Assembly: GCA_029856365.1 (NCBI GenBank)
Contig: JAHQWW010000002.1
Span: forward strand, 1 to 64,000
DNA from: Candidatus Hodarchaeota archaeon
GTDB lineage: Archaea; Asgardarchaeota; Heimdallarchaeia; Hodarchaeales; Hodarchaeaceae
Direction of reading: 5' to 3'
Length of the DNA: 64,000 nucleotides
A program made the translations under genes and the position numbers. Numbering within the stretch: position 1 is the first letter of the stretch; each line of letters starts with the position of its first letter. Under the pieces are notes generated by a model. It was not told the origin of the DNA. It was given only the letters and a program-made list of their open reading frames with translations, and did no database searches. Positions 60,211-64,000 of the stretch are shown here, in pieces.

Positions 60211-60483
60211 ATGACACATGATGTAAAATTAAAAGTAATAAAACAAGAAGGGCATTGCACTGCAGGACATGAAATAGGGGATGAAATATTCATTTCTTTC
60301 GAGAAAAACGAGATAAAAGGAAAAATATGTTTACATGCTTTATATTCAGTGTTACCAAAGGTGTATGCAATGGCTTATGGTGCTGAATTTCCATGGTTAG
60401 AAGATCCTGATGTGAGTACACACGCGTGTCCTGACGCCACGAATCCCTTAGTATATGAAGTGAGAAGAATCAGAAAAGATTAG
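60211..60483 (+). CDS. TIGR04076-family small Cys protein
   Basis: GHCTAGHEIGD, ICLHA, FPW, ACPDATNP. Confidence 0.8.
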   Translation: MTHDVKLKVIKQEGHCTAGHEIGDEIFISFEKNEIKGKICLHALYSVLPKVYAMAYGAEFPWLEDPDVSTHACPDATNPLVYEVRRIRKD

Positions 60484-60498
60484 TAGTGGTGTTACTCG

Positions 60499-61734
60499 TT
60501 ATAGAACAGGTCCAGCTTTGGATTCAATAATAATTCCACGCTTTTTCAATTCATGTTCAAAAATTTCATAGGGGATATCATTCACAGGTGAAAGGATCCC
60601 TTTTTTGGTTATTTTTCCATTTCCAATTAATTGTGCACCAATACTTGCTGTATAACCTACAGTACGACTCATTGCAGTGAAACCTGTCGTTAAATCGCGT
60701 TTATCGATTAATTGATAGATAACACGAGTTTTTTCTTCATTTCTTTTTCCAACAACCTCAAGGAATAATATGGCTAGATCTCTTTCATCCGCTTTCAATT
60801 GGATATGGGGCCCAATTATCTTAGCGAGAAAACTTCTACGATCTATTTTTTTACCGTCAATGTCAATTGCTTCATTATCCAAAAGATGAAGATCCACAAG
60901 TTTTTTCCAAAATGCGCAATGACCAGGCCACCGCATAGTATATCTCCCCATTTGTTTAATTGATTTATATTGTTCAGAATGTTCTTCAATGCCGATTGAT
61001 TGGAGGTATTGGAGAGCATCACCATTTGGAAATGCCTCCAAGTTTCCAATCCCCTCAATAATAATCTCATGAATATTTTCTGGGTTAAATATCTCTCTTT
61101 CTTTTATTTCAACAACTTCTCCATTATTAATTATTTTGGCTTTACGAAAGTAAGTATACAAGACCCCTTCAAGATTCCAAGTGACTTTATAATTTAATGG
61201 ATTATTAGCAGCTTCCAGTATTGGAATCCCTGCCCCATAACTGTTTATAACTTCGATATCTCTCAATCCTTTAATTGCTTGCCCCAATAGTACAAGATCT
61301 ATTCCTGGATCTAACCCAAATTCAGGCAAAACTGTAATTCCTTTATGCTTTGCTTCTCCTGCTAACGCCCTTATTTGGGGAGTAACAGAAAGAGTATTGA
61401 TTAAATTTAGCCCAAATTTGACAGCAGATATTGCGATTCTCTCTACAAAGGAAATAGGGAGTAAATCAATAACAATATCAGGCTTTAAAGACATTAGTTG
61501 GTTGATATGATTTTGATTATGTGCATCTAAGAATTCACACTGTACTTTGGAATATTGGTTATGTTCTACTAATTGTTTTAGTACATTGATATCCTTATCT
61601 GCAGCAATAATCTCACTTACAGTATCACTATTTACAAGGTCGTGGAGTGCAACTTTGCCTTGTAAACCAACACCAAGAAGGAGAACTTTCATAGGGGAGA
61701 TTTCTGAGAATTCTTTTAAAAATGATTTTTCCAA
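60499..61734 (-). CDS. Saccharopine/lysine dehydrogenase-like oxidoreductase
   Basis: GVGLQG, GLDPGID, NPLNYK, TMRWPGH, TAMSRTVG. Confidence 0.88.
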   Translation of the reverse strand: MEKSFLKEFSEISPMKVLLLGVGLQGKVALHDLVNSDTVSEIIAADKDINVLKQLVEHNQYSKVQCEFLDAHNQNHINQLMSLKPDIVIDLLPISFVERIAISAVKFGLNLINTLSVTPQIRALAGEAKHKGITVLPEFGLDPGIDLVLLGQAIKGLRDIEVINSYGAGIPILEAANNPLNYKVTWNLEGVLYTYFRKAKIINNGEVVEIKEREIFNPENIHEIIIEGIGNLEAFPNGDALQYLQSIGIEEHSEQYKSIKQMGRYTMRWPGHCAFWKKLVDLHLLDNEAIDIDGKKIDRRSFLAKIIGPHIQLKADERDLAILFLEVVGKRNEEKTRVIYQLIDKRDLTTGFTAMSRTVGYTASIGAQLIGNGKITKKGILSPVNDIPYEIFEHELKKRGIIIESKAGPVL

Positions 61735-61788
61735 GTACTCTTAACATTTCTTCAAAGGAAAGCTTCTGTAAAAAAAATCTTAAACAGA

Positions 61789-62478
61789 ATGATCAGGGAT
61801 GAACCCATGAGAGAATCCATCAGGAAAATGATTCATTTTCTAATATTTTACCCAATATATTATTACATTTGGTTTAGTTTGCTAGGAAAAGATCTCTTAA
61901 AAAATTTACTTCTAATACTTATTATAATAATCTTTTTTGGAATAAACTTTCTAGATATTGTTATAAGACCAATGAGTGACCCCGAAGAGCTTAAAGACAG
62001 ATATACTATAATTTTATTACTCTTTTTCCTCGGTGGTCCATTAATTTTGATACTGGCGTTTTATGAAAATCTGGTAATCATTTCTCAATATCTACCACTC
62101 TATGATAATCTTCTAGTAAGCTATTTGGGAATAATATTAATGATAATAGGTGGGGTAATTATGCTGAGTAGTCGATACTATCTGAATAAGCATAGTTACG
62201 GTGGGGGATCACTATCGGAGGGCAAAGAACAAACATTACTCCCGAAGGGAATGTTTAAAATCATTAGACATCCAATCTATGCAGGAGGATTAATAGTTAC
62301 AATTGGATTGGAATTGGCTTTTCGTAGTCTGATAATATTATCTCTCCATACAGTATTTTTTTTTATAATATTTCGTGATCGAATGAAACGCGAAGAAACA
62401 GTATTACTCAACAAATTTGGAGACGAATATAGAAAGTATATCAGTAAAACGAAGAGATTAATTCCATACATCTATTAA
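61789..62478 (+). CDS. Isoprenylcysteine carboxyl methyltransferase family membrane protein
   Basis: GMFKIIRHPIYAG, REETVL..FGDEY..Y...KRLIP. Confidence 0.9.
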   Translation: MIRDEPMRESIRKMIHFLIFYPIYYYIWFSLLGKDLLKNLLLILIIIIFFGINFLDIVIRPMSDPEELKDRYTIILLLFFLGGPLILILAFYENLVIISQYLPLYDNLLVSYLGIILMIIGGVIMLSSRYYLNKHSYGGGSLSEGKEQTLLPKGMFKIIRHPIYAGGLIVTIGLELAFRSLIILSLHTVFFFIIFRDRMKREETVLLNKFGDEYRKYISKTKRLIPYIY

Positions 62479-62724
62479 ATCTATGTCTGGAGTATATCAG
62501 AAACAATTTGATTATATTTCTTCAAGTTTATTAAATTTTAAGAGTTCTTCATGGAAGTGATCGATCTCAGATAATCGATTGTCAAGCTGGGAAGAAACTG
62601 ATAGATTAAGTTTCCTAGAGTTGCTTTAAAGGTCTTTGATAATTACCATGAAATCAACTGTTAAATAGCTCAAAATACCACCGTCTACCCTGAATTCACT
62701 ATACTAATTCAAGGTGAAACTAGG

Positions 62725-63378
62725 ATGGAATTCTTTGAAGTCATTAATAAGCGAAGAACGGTTCGAGAATTTGAAGATAAACCTGTAGATTTATTGAGTA
62801 TAAAGAAGATCATATCTTGTGGATTAAAAGCACCTACAAACGATCATTTGAGAAGATGGGAGTTCATCGTTATTGATGATATTGAAATGCGTAAGAAACT
62901 TATTGGAAAAGAAGGGGATAACATTATTAAGAGGGATGAAAAGGAATCCATAACCATTATTGACAATTGGGGATTAACTGATGAAAAACAACGTGAGATG
63001 TTCCTATATGCTATTCCAAGACAAGCTAAAATGATTCTAACAGCAGGAACAGTAATTATTCCTTGTTTTTATACATCAAAACCACTATTACAACCAATTA
63101 GTCTTTCATCATTAAATGCATTTGCGTCGATTTGGCTTTGTATAGAAAATATGCTGCTTGCTGCTGTGACGGAAGGCGTGTACGGGGTAACACGCATCCC
63201 AAAATCACCAGGATCAGTAAAAAAATTATTAAATATCCCTGATGAATATGAAATACCATGTATTCTTGCACTGGGGTATCCTAAAAAAGGAAGAAAAGTG
63301 TTAAAGCAATATAAAATTGATCCAGAGAATAAAATTAGATTTAATAAATGGGATAACACCATCAGAAACAGAAAATGA
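62725..63378 (+). CDS. Nitroreductase-family flavoprotein
   Basis: RRTVREF, APT, WEF, IENMLLAA..EG, LGYP. Confidence 0.92.
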   Translation: MEFFEVINKRRTVREFEDKPVDLLSIKKIISCGLKAPTNDHLRRWEFIVIDDIEMRKKLIGKEGDNIIKRDEKESITIIDNWGLTDEKQREMFLYAIPRQAKMILTAGTVIIPCFYTSKPLLQPISLSSLNAFASIWLCIENMLLAAVTEGVYGVTRIPKSPGSVKKLLNIPDEYEIPCILALGYPKKGRKVLKQYKIDPENKIRFNKWDNTIRNRK

Positions 63379-63431
63379 TCCTTAATCCAGATGGGCTTCT
63401 ACTAACTGGAATATATCCTTTTCATGAATAA

Positions 63432-64000
63432 ATGAATGTCAAACAACCTGTGAAAGAAATATTTAGTCGAATCCCCGTGAGGTACTTGCGAAGTTGCTCA
63501 TATAAATCGCTGGAAAACGTAGAAATGATGAGGATCCAAAACGCGATAAAATCTAAAATACAGCATTTAGTGAGATATCCAAACATTGGGAAAGCCTTTG
63601 CTAATTTCTTTGGATATTTAGAAGTACCCATTTTGGAATTCAGACGAGTAATTGACAAATATATTCGGCCAGGGTTTTATCATCGAACGAGTCAAATATA
63701 TGGACGTTTTTATGGTAGTAGGATTATCCCAATCAAGACATCATTAGAAGGAACTTATACTATTTCACCAACAGAAGAAATACTTGATATCATTCAAAGG
63801 ATCCCAATTTTAGCTATAGGTTATTGTTATTGCAGGACGACTTACCAAAATTGTAATAATCCAAAATGGACTTGTATTCACGTTGGAAAAGCCAAAAGAA
63901 TATCTGAAATTGGTAAAAGAACACCTATAAGATCAAGTACCTATGATGAAGTTGAGAAAATCCTTCGAAAAGCTGATGAAATAGGTTTAGTTCATCAGTT
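63432..64000 (+). CDS. Fe-S (ferredoxin-type) protein, runs off the window edge; absent from ORF track
   Basis: Manual translation is open to the end: ...RIIPI...PTEEI...CYCR...CNNP..TC...ILRKADEIGLVHQ. Confidence 0.8.
   Translation, partial: MNVKQPVKEIFSRIPVRYLRSCSYKSLENVEMMRIQNAIKSKIQHLVRYPNIGKAFANFFGYLEVPILEFRRVIDKYIRPGFYHRTSQIYGRFYGSRIIPIKTSLEGTYTISPTEEILDIIQRIPILAIGYCYCRTTYQNCNNPKWTCIHVGKAKRISEIGKRTPIRSSTYDEVEKILRKADEIGLVHQ

Noticed and set aside
1-64000. CRISPR arrays, tRNA/rRNA, IS elements, prophage or defence genes
   Set aside because: No regularly spaced repeats, cloverleaf or GC-rich RNA stems, transposase/integrase motifs or nuclease signatures were seen. A formal scan was not possible.

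Overview
AT-rich archaeal genomic segment. It is probably an Asgard archaeon of the Heimdallarchaeia/Hodarchaeales type; this is inferred from frequent TTG/GTG starts, GGTGA/GGAG ribosome-binding sites, DUF63 and DUF1405 genes, giant multi-PAS kinases, a TPR protein and a CTERM-anchored surface enzyme. I found no rRNA, tRNA, CRISPR array, transposase or integrase. The window holds about 55 mostly accessory metabolic, transport and regulatory genes. These include two tandem multi-PAS sensor genes, a saccharopine-dehydrogenase/FGGY-kinase pair, a GH4-HAD-MFS sugar cluster, cadC-cadA with visible operators, radical SAM enzymes, a CoA-enzyme activase, metF, an aromatic amino acid decarboxylase, an aryl sulfotransferase, proC and comDE-like genes. 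A decaying zone at about 16-36.5 kb contains several pseudogenes missed by the ORF track. The most notable feature is a three-gene operon at 54107-58807 (- strand) in which every protein carries a sulfite-oxidase-fold (molybdopterin-binding-like) domain. It encodes a lipoprotein with four such domains, a membrane-anchored metallophosphoesterase fused to one, and an ECF-type S-component fused to one. My hypothesis is a cell-surface capture, processing and import system for a Mo/W-pterin cofactor or a related metabolite. All family assignments come from motif recognition by eye; no database searches were run.
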